A stretch of DNA of 64,000 nucleotides from Mercenaria mercenaria (lineage: Eukaryota), in assembly GCF_021730395.1 (NCBI RefSeq), contig NC_069369.1, positions 29,741,250-29,805,249 on the forward strand, given 5' to 3'. The position numbers and the translations under genes were made by a program. Of this stretch, positions 30,561-43,534 are shown piece after piece (the first letter of the stretch is position 1; every line of letters begins with the position of its first letter). Under the pieces are notes generated by a model. It made no database searches and was not told the DNA's origin. It was given only the letters and a program-made list of their open reading frames with translations.

Positions 30561-31250
30561 ATGGAGACTACGATCAACTTTCATGATCCTAAGCCCAAGC
30601 GTTCTTTAGTTATTATCTGGAAATCGCTAAACTGTTCCGGGTCATTGTGACCTTGAACTTTGACCTACTGACCTCAAAATCAATAGGGGTCATCTGCTGA
30701 TCATGATCAACCACCCTATCAAGTTTTGTAATCCTAGGCCCAAGCGTTCTCAAGTTATCGTCGAAATGGTTTAACTATTCTGAGTCACTGTGACCTTGAC
30801 CAACTGACCTCAAAATCATAAAGGGTCATCTGCTAGTCATGATTACATCCCTACCAACTTTCATGATCCTATGCCAAAGCGTTCTTGAGTTATCATCTGG
30901 AAACCGTTTAACTGTTCCTGGTTATTGTGACCTTGACCGTTGATCTCAAAATCAATAGGGGTCATCTGTTGGTCATGACAACTTCTTATTTAACTTTCAT
31001 GATCCTAGCCCGGCGTTCTCAAGTTATCAAACCCGGAAACTGTTTAAAAAGTTTTGGTCACTGTTACCTTGACTTTTGACCTACTGACCTCAAAATCAAT
31101 ATGGGTCATCTGCTGGTTATGACCAACCTTCCTATCAACTTTCATAATCCTAGGCCCAAAGCTTTCTTGAGTTATCATCCAGAAACGGATTGGTCTACAT
31201 TCCGACTGGCAGACAGACCGACCGACAGACATCTGCAGAACAATATACCC
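30560..31250 (+). repeat. Satellite G array (~150-bp monomer ...gtgaccttgacc.ttgacctactgacctcaaaatcaataggggtcatctgctg...), four or more units, ending in a (GACC/GACAGAC) microsatellite
   Basis: Direct tandem periodicity. An inverted copy of the same family lies at 59330-60110. Confidence 0.7.
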
Positions 31251-31670
31251 CTCATTCTTTGAAGGGGGACATAATGAAGAGCTTGATAAGATCCGTGAAT
31301 ACTAAATGATATAAACCAACATAACAACCAAGAGCCATAACTCTGATGAAAGTATTTTTTCAGGTAATCAAGAAATGTTATTTATAATGCACATAATTCA
31401 ACAATATTCAGTATTCTGTAAAAAAAGCTCCATGCAATCCTAAAGGAGTTGTAAATATATACTATAGTCTGATTCATGGGACTATTTTGTCAGTGCAACA
31501 CCAATTCTAAATGAGGAGCAGTGATTTATGGATTATTCTGTCAGTAACTTGTACAAGTTTATGGATTATCTGTAGCAGTTTATGGATTATCTCTAGCACC
31601 AAGGAGGACTCAGACAACAAGTTTATGGATTTATGGACAATATCAGATACTGTGGAGAACTTTTTTTTTT

Positions 31671-31675
31671 GGGGT

Positions 31676-31705
<30 letters not shown>
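31671..31705 (+). repeat. G-rich homopolymer (GGGGTG followed by G30), with T10 immediately upstream
   Basis: Read directly from the sequence. Confidence 0.95.
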
Positions 31706-31708
<3 letters not shown>

Positions 31709-31915
31709 GTGGGCTATCAAACCAACACAATTATAGGTCATATGGCGAATTTCCAACTTTTCATGGTGGAGGAAGACCCCAGGTGCCCCGGTGGGCATTA
31801 TTTTATCATAGGTGGGCACCTTGAATTCTAAGTATCGAGTGAGGTTTAAACCCACATCAGTGAGATGCAAGTGATTTGGAGTAGGCAACCTTAACAATTT
31901 GGCCACAGAGTCCCC
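31706..31915 (-). mobile_element. tRNA-derived SINE, copy 3, abutting a G30 homopolymer
   Basis: Reverse complement of the copy-1 consensus (…ggccacagagtcccc). ORFs 31511..31906 are artefacts. Confidence 0.7.
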
Positions 31916-34500
31916 TAGAAATAGAACAAGAGCTGTCGGGGAGGCAGCAAGCTCGATTTAAACAGCTTGTCACTTTAAGAAAAGAAGTGAAAAAGGGCTT
32001 AATTTAGTTAAAAAGTAACATAGGGTTATGGAACCCGCAAAGTGCTTATCAGTCATGACAGTGGACAAGTGTATGAAGTTTCAATCCATTCCCATTAGTG
32101 GGTTCTGGATACCAGCTTTACATATAAGAATTTAACCCAAAAAAATCCTAAGTTGAAAAAGGGGCATTAATTTTGTAAAATGCAAAGTTGAGTTACTGAT
32201 CCTTTGCACTGCATGTCATATCATGACAGTGAATAGTGTGTGAGTTTCAATCCTTTCCCATTGTGGATACTGAGATACCAGCTTACATACAAAACTTTAA
32301 AAAATTTCTATGTTGAAAAGGGGCATAAATTTTTTTAACAAGAGGGTCATGATGACTGGATCGTCACCGAGTAAAATGTTTCAAATGTCAAACTGATGAT
32401 TTTAGAAATTTTTTGGAAAATTTTCGATGTACAATCAAGTAAACCCCTGGGGCGGGGCCAATTTTACCCGGGGTCATGATTTGAAAAAGTTTGTAGAAGT
32501 CGACTAGGCATGTTACATATCGAATATTTAAAATTAGGCCTTCTAAATTTATTTTAAGCAAAATTTTTGAAGATTTCCCTATGTACAATAAAGTAACCCT
32601 GGGGTGGGTCAATTGACCCTGGGGGGGGGGGGGGGGGGGGGGGGGGGGGTCAAGATTTGAACAAATTTTGTAGAGGTCCACTAGGCAATGTACATGTCGA
32701 ATATTTTAAGCTCTAGGCCTTTGGTTTTTTTTTCAGAAATATTGAGATTTTTTTTATTTTACAATCAAGTAACCCATGGGGCGGGGCCAATTTGACCCCG
32801 GGGGTCATGATTTGAAATTTTGTAGAGGTCTACTAAGGCAATGCTACATGTCAATATCTAAAAACCCAGGCCTTTTCCCGGGTTTTTTTTTAGAAATTTT
32901 TTGAAGATTTTCCTATGTAAAATCAAGTGACCCCTGGGGGCGGGGTCAATTTTGACCCTGGGGGCATGATTTGAATTTTAAAGTTGTAGAGGTCACTAGG
33001 CAAATGCTAAAGTGAAATATCTAAGTCTAGGCCTTCGGTTTTTTTTAGAAAATTTTTGAAGATTTTCATATGTAAAAACAAGCGGGCCCCTAGGGCGGGT
33101 CAATTTTGACCCCGGGGGTCATGATTGAACAACTTTAGTAGAGGTCCATAGGCCAATGCTACATGTCAATTTAAACTAAGTCTAGGGCTTCTGCTTTTTG
33201 AGGAAGAAGATTTTTTAAGGTTTTCCTATGTAAAATCAAGTGACCCCTGGGGCGGAGTCAATTTTGACCCCGGGGGTTCTGATTTGAAAAAATTTTGTGA
33301 GGTCCACTAGGCAATGCTACATGTGAAATATCTAAGACCTAGGCCTTCTGCTTTATTTTTGGAATTTTTTTGAAGATTTTCCTATGTAAAATCAAGTGAC
33401 CCCTGGGGCGGGGTCAATTTTGACCCCGGGGTCATGATTTGAACAACTTTAGTAGAGGTCCATTAGGCAATGCTACATGTCAAATATCTAAGGTCTAGGG
33501 CTTCTGGTTTTCAAGAAGAAGATTTTTTAAGATTTTTCTATGTAAAATCAAGTGACCCCTGGGGCGGGGTCAATTTTGACCCGGGGTCATGATTTGAACA
33601 AATTTGGTAGAGGTCCACTAGGCAATGCTTCATACCAAATATCTAAGCTCTAGGGCTTCTGGTTTTTGAGAAGAAGATTTTTAAAGTTTTTCCTTTCGGT
33701 TGCCATGGCAACCAGAGTTCTGCATGGAATTCAATTCTTTGAACAATTTTTAGAGAAGACCATCCAAGGAACATCCCTGTGAAGTTTCATCAAAATTGGC
33801 CTGTTGGTTTAGGAGGAGATGTTGTTTAAAGGAAAGTGTGGACGGACGGACGGACGGACGACGGACGGACGACGGACGGACGGACGCCGGACGGTGAGCG
33901 ATCACAATAGCTCACCCTGAGCACTTTGTGCTCTGGTGAGCTAAAAAAGCAAAATAAAGTTATGGGACCTGCTTTGTGCATGTCAGATCATGACAGTGAA
34001 CAAGTGTGTGAAGTTTCAATCCATTCCCATTAGTGAGTACTGAGATACCAGCTTACATACAAAACCTTAACCAAAAAATTCTAAGTCGAAAAAGGGGCAT
34101 AATTTTGTAAAAAAGCAAAATAGAGTTATGGAACCTGTGCAATGTAAGTCAGTTTATCACAGTAAATAAGTGTGTGAAGTTTCAATCCATTCCCACAAGT
34201 GGTTACTGAGATACCAGCTTACATACAAAACCTTAACCAAAAAATTCTAAGTCAAAAAAGGGGCATAATTTTGTAAAAAAGCAAAACAGAGTTATGGAAC
34301 CTGTGCAATGTAAGTCAGTTTATCACAGTGAATAAGTGTGTGAAGTTTCAATCCATTCCCACAAGTGGTTGCTGAGATACCAGCTTACATACAAAAACTT
34401 AACCAAATCGGGACGCGGACGCCGACGCGGACGCCGACGCATGGGCGAGTCCAATAGCTCTACTATTCTATGAATAGTCGAGCTAAAAACAAAAAATTCC
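31915..34500 (+). mobile_element. Nested composite repeat block. In order: 5' hairpin (aacaagagctgtcggggaggcagcaagctcg); a satellite-E-like unit; satellite F array (32390-33700, ~165-bp units with poly-G); spacer; (GGAC)n at 33841-33897; hairpin tail (agctcaccctgagc...gctctggtgagctaaaaaa); satellite E array (33950-34400); (GACGCC)n at 34405-34440; tail
   Basis: The periodicities are visible directly. The same architecture appears inverted at 53290-54200. ORF 32388..32681 (poly-Pro) is an artefact of the G29 run. Confidence 0.6.
32621..32649 (+). repeat. G29 homopolymer inside a satellite F monomer
   Basis: Read directly. Other monomers have GGGGG(G) at the same position (ccctgggggcgggg). Confidence 0.95.
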
Positions 34501-35929
34501 CTCCCCCATCCACCCAACAAAATTTTCCCTTTAGTTTTTTTGTCCAATCGAAGTCTTAGAACATTATTAATTATTACTTTTTAAAACACAAGACAGTGAG
34601 CTTTTAAGTATTTTTCTTCTATAGTGTAACATAATTACATATTCAAGACAAAAACTATTTCCATTACAATGTTAATTTTCCCCTATTTAAGTTGTTACCA
34701 CACAAATAAACACTGACTCTTTTACATTTAATTCCTAAGAATAATTATATACAGTAAAATATTATTAGCAAAATCTCAGAAGAACATTACCCTCCCTAAA
34801 TTTCAACAAGATCCTTTCTTTGTACAACATACCAAAACGAATTGTTGAATGGTAATATTTGTACTATTCAAAAAATGGACAAAATCTAAAATCATGAAAT
34901 TCCGTAGTATTTGTAAAAACTGCTTTTTTAGGGGCATAACTTTATGCATTTTAAATTCAATATTATTACTATGAATTCTACAGATAAAATTACCATAATG
35001 TTTAATTTTTTGAAATTTTTAAAATATCACTTGTTTGAATACAATTTCATTTATTGGTGAAAACAAGATTTCCATGAAAATTGCAGTCTTATGAATATTC
35101 ATGATTTCACAGAAATACATGCAAAAACTAGAGTGTAGCAACTTTTATGGCTATTTTTGACTGACATCCCACTTTTTTGGACAAGTTATCACATGAAACT
35201 ATTTTAATAAAAAGGAGGAAAACCAAAATGCACACCTAGAAATTTTATACAAAATGTTCATTATGACATAACTTGTCTACTTAGGTTTATATTAACTGCC
35301 TGGTGTAAAAAATCATTGCAATTATTTAAAGATGAAACTAGAGATAGTATTGGTATTTTACTGCATGTTATAAAGACTTTCAACAAGGTTGGTATGTACA
35401 TCATACACATGTAACCTTTCATGTCTGACTGAGGGGAAAGTAAACAAGTGGGGAAAAAAAAAGAGAGTGTTTTCACTTAAACAAGAGGGTCATAATGGCC
35501 CTAGATTGCTCACCTGTATTTTCGAGCTTAAACAAGCTAGGGAGTGTGCAACATTGGATGAGAACCATACTAAGCGCCAGAACTGGCATCGAAAGTTCCA
35601 GAGGCGGTAGAAGTCAAAGTTTAAACACTACTGTAAAAGCACATATTTTCGCTGGGTCAAAATTTCGTGAATTTGAAATTTTGAGTATGTTTGCAACGTT
35701 TAATATTTGCGAAATTGTTAAAGTGGCATCAAACTTGAATTAGAATTATACTAATTGTAAATATTTACGCGAGGATTAATTTTCGCGAGAAGTAGGGCTT
35801 CTCGATATAGCGAAAATTAAACCCTCGCGAAAGTTTCTGCTTTTACAGTATATGGTTCTTCTGTCTCTAAAACTGGGTGGACAACACACCCACACACACA
35901 CACAGAAAACTGTTTCTTTATAATGGGTC

Positions 35930-38010
35930 TATTTTTACCTCTGGCCGTCCCTAAAAGGGGCCAAGTGCCCTTATGTGTTTGATGAAGATGCATCCCACTA
36001 TTCATGAGAAGTTGATAAAAGGTGTCTTAGACGAAGTTAGAGTTTGGTGAAGATAATCAAGCAGTTCATGAAAAGAAATCCATTCTAGGTATTTCTATTT
36101 TTAGCTCTAGCAGGCCCTAAAGGTGAAAAGAACACCCATTTGAACAAATTTGGGAGGACCTTACGATAATGCTACAGACCAAGTTTGATGAAGATCCAAC
36201 AAGTGGTTTATGAGGTCATTAAAAGATATTTCTATTTTTAGCTCTAGTGGTCATTAATAGGGGCCAAGCTCCCCCATAATTATGAACAGGTATGGGAGGG
36301 GACCTTAGACTGATGCTATAGATCAAGTTTGATGAAGATCCATCAACAATTCATGAGTAGCAGTCATTTGAAGGTAATTCTATTTTTAGCTGTAGCTGCC
36401 CCTGAAAGGGGCCAAGTGCACCGAGTGACCAAAGTTGGAATAGGACCTTATAATGATGATCAATCCAGCAGTTTATGAAAATTAGTCAATAGGTGTTTCT
36501 TTTCTTTACCTATAGTGGCTCCTGAAAGGGCCTAATGCCCCCATTGAATTAAATAATGATGCTAAAGATCAAGTCTGAATAAGATCCATAAAGTAGTTCA
36601 TGAAAGAAGTTGTTTTAAAGGGAGTCAAATGTCCCAATTGGAACAAATTTTGGAGAGGACCTTGCACACCGGACTGGCATTTCCGGTGATTTTACCCATG
36701 CCAGCAAAACCCATCTGGCACCCCCATGCCAGATGACTCTCGTGCTGTTAATGAAAACTAGTGGTTCATGCACTGATAATATATTGTTTATGTAAAATAC
36801 GAAAAAAACAGGTACCATGACAGTTTCTCTCCGTTAGAGTAAGAACATAACGTTACGCTACAAACGATAAAACTTAAGTGGAACTTTGTTATTGTGCGTA
36901 ACACAAAACATCATGACGTCACTTCTGCTTACGCATGTTAATTTCCCGCGCTTTGTGTTCATTCTCTATTATAAGAAATAATTCTACAAAGAAAGTATTT
37001 CTACAGTACTTGTTGTTTGTAAAATACGGTATGCAAGAAAAAATATCAGTCATGTGTTTACGAATCAGATGTATATATCCGTCCCTCGGCCACCTGTGCA
37101 TAGGCGGTAATTCGGCAAGCTTCATTAACGCCCAATGCGCATGTGCCCTCCGGACGGATATTTCTATCCGATTCGTAAACACATGACAGATATTATTAAT
37201 AATGACGCTACACACCAAGTTTGATGAAGATCAATCAAGCAGTTCATGAAAAGTCATTTAAAGTTTTTTTTCTCTACTTTTAGCTCTGATGGACCCTAAA
37301 AATAGGCCAAGCTAAAATATTCGAGCTAACTGGACAGAGGACTATAGTATTACCAGGATGCTTTTGACCAGGCTTTGAACAATTCTGACCTGAAGTTTGA
37401 GATGTCATCTCAAGAAAAGTGAGGACAGACAACAGATGGTGACCTATCACAATAGTCAGCTAAAACGTTAAAATTACGAAAACATCAACAAGTCATAGAG
37501 GCCGAAATGGGCCTTATTCCTTCAACTAAGGAGAACTGTCTTTTTTTAAACCTTGCTTCTCATCATTATTAAGAAGCTCATAGTGTTCTCTCTCTTTTAT
37601 TGTGGCACCCCCTAGAAGTGGCCAAGCAAAACGATTTGAACAAAATGTGAGAGATCCATACAAGGGAGCTACAGACCAAATTTGGTGATTATCTATCAAG
37701 CAGGTCTATTTTTATCTCCAGCAGCTAATAAAATCTGACAAGTGCAATTATTTGAACAAAACTGAGAGAGGACCATACTAGAATACTACAAGGTTTGAAC
37801 ATAATCCATCAAGCAGATCAACATGGAAAGTTGTTAAAAGTTTTTCTATTTTTAACTCTGGCAGTCCCTAAAATCAGTCAAGTACAACCATAAGAGGACC
37901 TTAAAAAGAGGCTACAGACCAAGTCTAGTGATGATCCATCAGGCAGTTGTTTTAAGGTTTCTTCTATTTTTAGCTCTGGTGTCCCCTAAAATCAGTCAAG
38001 CTGAAGCATT
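35930..38010 (+). repeat. Satellite D arrays (35930-36650 and 37205-38010), split by a ~560-bp non-satellite insertion (36650-37205) and carrying a (GACA)n plus atcacaatagtcagctaaaa tail at 37380-37460
   Basis: Tandem periodicity visible directly. The tail motif matches the composite-element tails. Confidence 0.6.
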
Positions 38011-38224
38011 TAAACAATTTTAGAGGACTGCTTAACATGGCTGCTACAGTTTGCTTCCATAATGAAATACATGAAAATAGCCACTTTTTGAAACTTTCTT
38101 TCCATTATGAAGTGGCCTTTTTAAATTCTGATCAGTAGTTTTGTAACTGCAAAGTTGCTGAATATGAGCCTCTGTCATACAGTGAAAGAAACAGCTACCT
38201 TAAAAATCCTTTGGAAACACAATC

Positions 38225-38730
38225 TAAAACAAGAGCTGTCCGTAAGACAGCGCGCTCGACTTTTCTCAGTGCTTGACTCTGAATTAGAGCTCTGCCGGTA
38301 AAAACTTTATAAAACTTTAACCAAAAAACCTAAGTTAAACAGGGACATAACCCTCTCAAAATTCAAATCAGAGTTATGGGGTTTGTTTCTCCTGGTGTAG
38401 ACTTTGATAGTAAATAACTATTTTAAGTTTCAAGTCAACAGCTTTGAATGTAACAGAGATATTTGTCTTTATCAATATCTTTAACCAAATATTCTAAGTC
38501 AAAAGGGGCATAACTCCATCAAAATTCAATTCAGAGTTATGGGGATTGTTTCTCCTGGTGTAGACTTTGAAAGTAAATAATTATTTTAAGTTTCAAGTCA
38601 ATAGCTCTGATAGTAACAGAGATATTTGACTTTATAAAAAAAAAACTTTAACCAATGGCGACGGCGACACCGACACCGGGACGAGTGCAATAGCTCTACT
38701 TTTTCTTCGAAAAGTTGAGCTAAAAATCCT
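38225..38730 (+). mobile_element. Composite tandem-repeat element (5' aacaagagctgtccgtaagacagcgcgctcgac; two ~185-bp monomers; (GCGAC/CACCGAC)n; tail caatagctctacttttt cttcgaaaagttgagctaaaaa)
   Basis: Same 5' hairpin and tail motifs as the other composite elements. Confidence 0.6.
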
Positions 38731-38975
38731 AGGGAAAGTATTAAAAAAATCCATCTAAAAAAAAGGTACAGCAGACTGTGACCGCAGACAAACACGACTA
38801 GATAGCCAAAACAATGCCCCTCTCCAGAATTTGAGATGGTGGGTGGGAATAAAATTACAAGAACAAAATTAAACAGTATTCACAGAAGTGTAACTCACAA
38901 ACTGCAACTTGCAGTTTAATATCAAAATCTGCCAAGACTTCTAGATAAATGCAATTGGTTTCAATTTAACCCTTA

Positions 38976-39178
38976 CCTTCCTAAATTTCTATAATGAACT
39001 TGTCCATCTTTCAATTTGGACAGTACCACTAACTGTTAAAAGAGGTGCTTACCAAAAAGATACTGACTGAATGGCGAACAGTGCAGATCATAATTAGACT
39101 GCACGGATGTGCAGGCTGATCTTGGTCTACACTGGTCGCAAGGGTAGAATCACTTGCCGCCAGCAGGCTAAAGGTTAA
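38976..39178 (-). mobile_element. MITE family B, copy 4 (complete)
   Basis: ttaacccttaccttcctaaatttc...ccgccagcaggctaaaggttaa. Confidence 0.8.
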
Positions 39179-40033
39179 CAAATGTCCACTCCTTCATTCA
39201 TACCATCTGCTTTTACGAGTTTCATAATTTAAGTAAACTTATTTTTCTACCTTATATCCGTATGCAAAATATATTACAGTCATGTACATCCTTTAAACTT
39301 TCTCTTATCTCCCTTTGAACAAAATGCAAGCTCTATGAGTTTGGCCTAGTTTCGCTTTTATCAGGTGAAGTTATTATTCAACTGTCAAGAATGTTGGGAT
39401 AATAACAATCTACACATGTACTAGATATGTAGATATACAGGAAACTTGTACCAAAACATGTACAGTATCGGTTAACATTCAAGATCAAAACAAGAGCACT
39501 CCACAGTGAATAAATTTTGTATGCAGGCTGCATTCATTACTTTCTCATTAAAAAAAGCAAAAGTCATTATTTTGATAAACATTTTGAGGTTACCAATCCT
39601 GTTATCAATGTGAAATAAGATGATTAAAAAAGGCCGCAAAGACGACCAAAATTAAAATTAATGAGACCTATTTTATGCATAAAGAAGATGATTTGCAGTA
39701 TGACAATTTTAGGAATGTTTCATTGCTTCAATTAACACACACCTGCTTTAATCATGTATATATATTACAAAGTGGGGATCATGAACAATAAACAAGGTTG
39801 ATTATTGTAATACTGTAAAATCATTTAATTCCGTGGGCATTAAATTTCGTGGTTATGGTCAGTTTCATTTAATTTCTGGGGGATAAGAATTTGTGGACAT
39901 AAAATGAATGGGAATTTTACTTGTTCGTTGGGATTAAATTTCGTGGATTGACTCAACCACGAATATTAATGATTTCACAGTATGAGGTCTTGACCAAAAC
40001 AGTTATTTTATGGAGATATGAAGGGGGTTTCAT

Positions 40034-40207
40034 TAACCCTTACAATGCTAAATTTCTAAAATGGACTGGTCCATCATTCAATTTGGGCAATACCATTTAT
40101 TATTGGAAGGGGTGTTCACTGAAAATTTACTGACTGAATAGCGACCAGTGCATGGTCTGCACTGGTTGCAAAGGCAGAATCACTTGCCGCTAGCAGGCTA
40201 AATGTTA
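40034..40207 (-). mobile_element. MITE family B, copy 5 (central core deleted)
   Basis: Both termini are present. The cagcctgcacatccgtgcagtctg core is missing. Confidence 0.7.
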
Positions 40208-40849
40208 ATTTTGAAGAAGAAAGTAGAAGGGGCTTTTAGGAATCACCCATTTTAACTTCACTTGCTACAGGAGGAGTAGACAGGGCTTGAGACCACTATA
40301 GCAGTGGGAAAGTCTTCACCTAACCCCACAAATCAATATAGGAATACTTTGAACACAAAGAATTTTAATTTTACTTATACACTGGGATTTAGCTCGATAC
40401 TTAGGCTTCTTTTCAGGTGTATCGTAAGCTAGTCTATTTTAATGTCAAGAGTTTTTGCAAAGGATTTATTTCCCCTTTATTCATTAAATTAGATACACTT
40501 GGAAGTATCTTTATTGCAAACTCCTTAGCCTTGCAAAAACATGATTTTGCAGGATGTATATTTACGTGCATGCACTTAAATGGGCATGAACAGTTCAATA
40601 CTAAGGCTTAAGGCTTCTACTCAACTTATTTTATGCTAAGGGGCCATGAACAGTATACTGTATAGTACTACTAAGATTTCTACTAAAATATATGTTATTT
40701 TAAGAGGCAACGCCAAGGCTTCTACTAAAGTGTACGTTATTCCAAGGGGTAAAGGTTTCAAGTACTGAGAAAACGTTTGATTTTGTGCGTAAATTTTTTG
40801 ACAATGTCCTTTTTTTTATTCAAAATTTGAATAAAGAATACAATCATGG

Positions 40850-41020
40850 GAATTTGTCCATCTTTCAATTTGGACTGCACCATTAACTGTTAAAAGGGGT
40901 GTATACCAAACAGCGAAGTTGCAGGTCATGATCAGATTGCACGGATGTGCAGGGTGATCATGATCTGCACTGATCGCAATGGCAGAATCAGTCGTGTCCA
41001 GCATGATATTAAAGGGTTAA
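40850..41020 (-). mobile_element. MITE family B, copy 6 (one terminus truncated)
   Basis: ...caggtcatgatcagattgcacggatgtgcagggtgatcatgatctgcactgatcgcaatggcagaatcagtcgtgtccagcatgatattaaagggttaa. Confidence 0.7.
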
Positions 41021-42866
41021 TGATTCTAGGTTTTGAGGAAAGAAGTAAAGCAAAATTCTATATTTTATGAAGTCATCAGAATATTCCACCTCACAATCTT
41101 GTACTTCAACACAAATACATTCAAGACAACTTACGAAACAAGCAATTTCTTGTATTTCTTTTTTTTTTCTTCAGTTGTTTTCATGTCAGTTCAATTACTC
41201 ATCTATATAAGCTTTCGTCATTGAGCATCTCCTTACCATGTCAGACAATCAGTCATTAATGTCAAAATTTATCTTACCATAACAAAACTTAACTTTGGAA
41301 CTGCAAAAAATTGGAAGCGTTAAAACTGCTCAGACGTACGGTAAACTGAAATATTCCAAGCATGCGACTGGAAACATCATCTAAGAAATGCAAAAGCTTA
41401 GTGCACTATTATATGTGGCTGTATTACATTGGGCCGCTATAATTATTGATCACGTTATACATGCCAGAGCAGCTAAACATCACGAAATCAATGATAAAAC
41501 ACTGATCTATTAGCGTTTTCTCATCCTCAACAAAGAGCTTGCATAACTTCATGTTGCATAAAAATCTGTTTTCAAATAATACCCATTTCACTCTTAAAAG
41601 ACAAAGGAGCGGATGTTAGGATGACTATGTTTAAATATTTAAATAGAAAATACATAAACTATTGACTAATATAATGCTCTGACGAGCTGACAAGAGATCA
41701 AAAACTTGATCCGGTACTATCATTCAATGTTGATTTTCTAACAAGACCAAACTAATTTCAACTCATAAATTCAAATAAATTTAGTTTAATAGCTAAAAAT
41801 ATTTGAAATTAAACTTCTTCAAGTGGTGTTTTTGTTAATTCAGAAATCAGTTCTAAGGGAAACAACTTGTTGCAGCATTGATTAGTGAATTTTCAATGTA
41901 ACACAAGTTACTTTCCCTTTTTATTCTGGGGAAAGTCATAAAATTGGGGAAAAAATTCTCAACAAAATCATTGTTTTGGGAAATATTTTACATTCTAATA
42001 TTGTTTAAACTGCTCTGTAACTAATTATCTACATATTAAAATTGTCTAAGTGTTTATTAATGCATTAACATATGTAATAATTTTGCCATGCAATACAGAG
42101 CCTCCTACTGGACTAAATATCTCCAGTGTTCTGCCAAGGCTGCTATACCGAGGGAATCTCAATTAAAAGTTACAAATGTTGCACAAAAATTAGCCTTGGA
42201 ACGTCAACTGTCAAGTAACGATAATGCTTGGGATGAATCCGCATTCAGATCGGAACCGTGTACAAATCTACATTCCCTTTTCCTCCGCAAAAAGTCAACT
42301 TCGGTTATGTCTAATTCTGATCCAACACTGAAAAAACATAAGACGATTTTGAGCAGATGTCTACACCAGCAGGCAACAAAATCGTCTAACCTAAAGCTGA
42401 CTGGTCTAGTACTTCATGTGGTGCCCCTGAAAACCCCATAGACAGCTCAAAATCCAATGTTGTACACCATCCCCAACCACTGCCGCCTGGGAAGTTGAAA
42501 GTGAGTCCTGTGACAGCTCAAAATCCATCTACTGTTCCGCACCCATGATCTCAAAAACTGAAAGTTGGCAAAGATCCAAACCACAGAGGGTGCTGAGAAC
42601 TCAAAGTAAAAAAAAGAAAAGAAAATGTGATTGCATATTTCTGGACAGTTGGTTGAAAGATTACCAATTGTAATGGAATAGTGAAGACTTTAATTACAGT
42701 ATTTTTAAAAAATTTTGTTCAAAGATATGTGTCCTAAAAGTTGCTATCCCCAAGATTTTTAAAATGTCCCCACTTTTTTCTTACCAAAGAGACATGTGGT
42801 CCTCAGTATCTCAACTGCAGAATAAGTTAATTATCTTATATCTGTAGATGATGTATATATAATCAG

Positions 42867-43534
42867 GGTTCTGCCGAGGCTGTGTGATATCGCAAAAATC
42901 TTGAATGTCGCACTAAAATTGGTCTAGAAGTGTCAGTTGTCGCATTATGGAAATATCTGGGGACGAATGTGCATATGGGACGACCGGAACTGAGTACGAA
43001 TCATTCCGTATCTGAACAGAAGAGTTTCCCGCAAAAACGTCATTTTGATGAACACTGAACAATTTAAGCTACTTTTCTGTATCTGCAGACAAGAAAAACA
43101 TTCAGTCCAATGATTAACGGCCGAGTACTTCATGTCGCTTTATAAAAAGCCCCATAGACCACACAAACCTGATGTTGTTAACTGTTCTCCACCAACTGTC
43201 TCGGAGGTGAAAATGAAAGTGTGCCCCTTGACTGCTTAAAATCTGTCTACTTTTCCACACTAATTGTCTCCAAAACTGAAAATGTGTCACAAAATCAAAC
43301 CACAAAGGGTGCAAAAATTCGGATGAAGCCAAAAAGGAGGGTGACTCAAAATTTCAGGAGAGTTGATAATATAAAAGTACTGATGGTTGGACTAAAATAA
43401 AGACTTCAATTTTAGTTATGTTACTGTGTTATTTCAATGACAAAATCTTGTCCCCAAGATTTTGAAAATGTCCCCACATTTTTCATACCAAGGGGACATG
43501 TGTCCCGTCACTATTTTTGATCCTCGGCAGAACC
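42867..43534. mobile_element. ~670-bp element bounded by 13-bp inverted repeats GGTTCTGCCGAGG, with a diverged partial tandem copy upstream (42180-42860)
   Basis: 13-bp perfect inverted repeat at 42867-42879 and 43522-43534. The internal sequence is homologous to 42180-42860. ORF 42088..42441 is low-complexity and probably an artefact. Confidence 0.4.

Noticed and set aside
32388-32681. Minus-strand ORF with a poly-proline stretch (DPPPPPPPPPQGQ)
   Set aside because: The poly-Pro is a translation of the G29 homopolymer inside a satellite F monomer.
36919-37218. Antiparallel overlapping ORFs (99 aa minus, 83 aa plus)
   Set aside because: Both arise from the inverted-repeat symmetry of the hairpin at 37051-37185. 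Neither has coding features or homology.
43480-43500. GGGACATGTGTCCC as a p53-type response element
   Set aside because: It is not a canonical RRRCWWGYYY decamer pair because of the extra TG. It sits inside a repeated element, so it is probably incidental.
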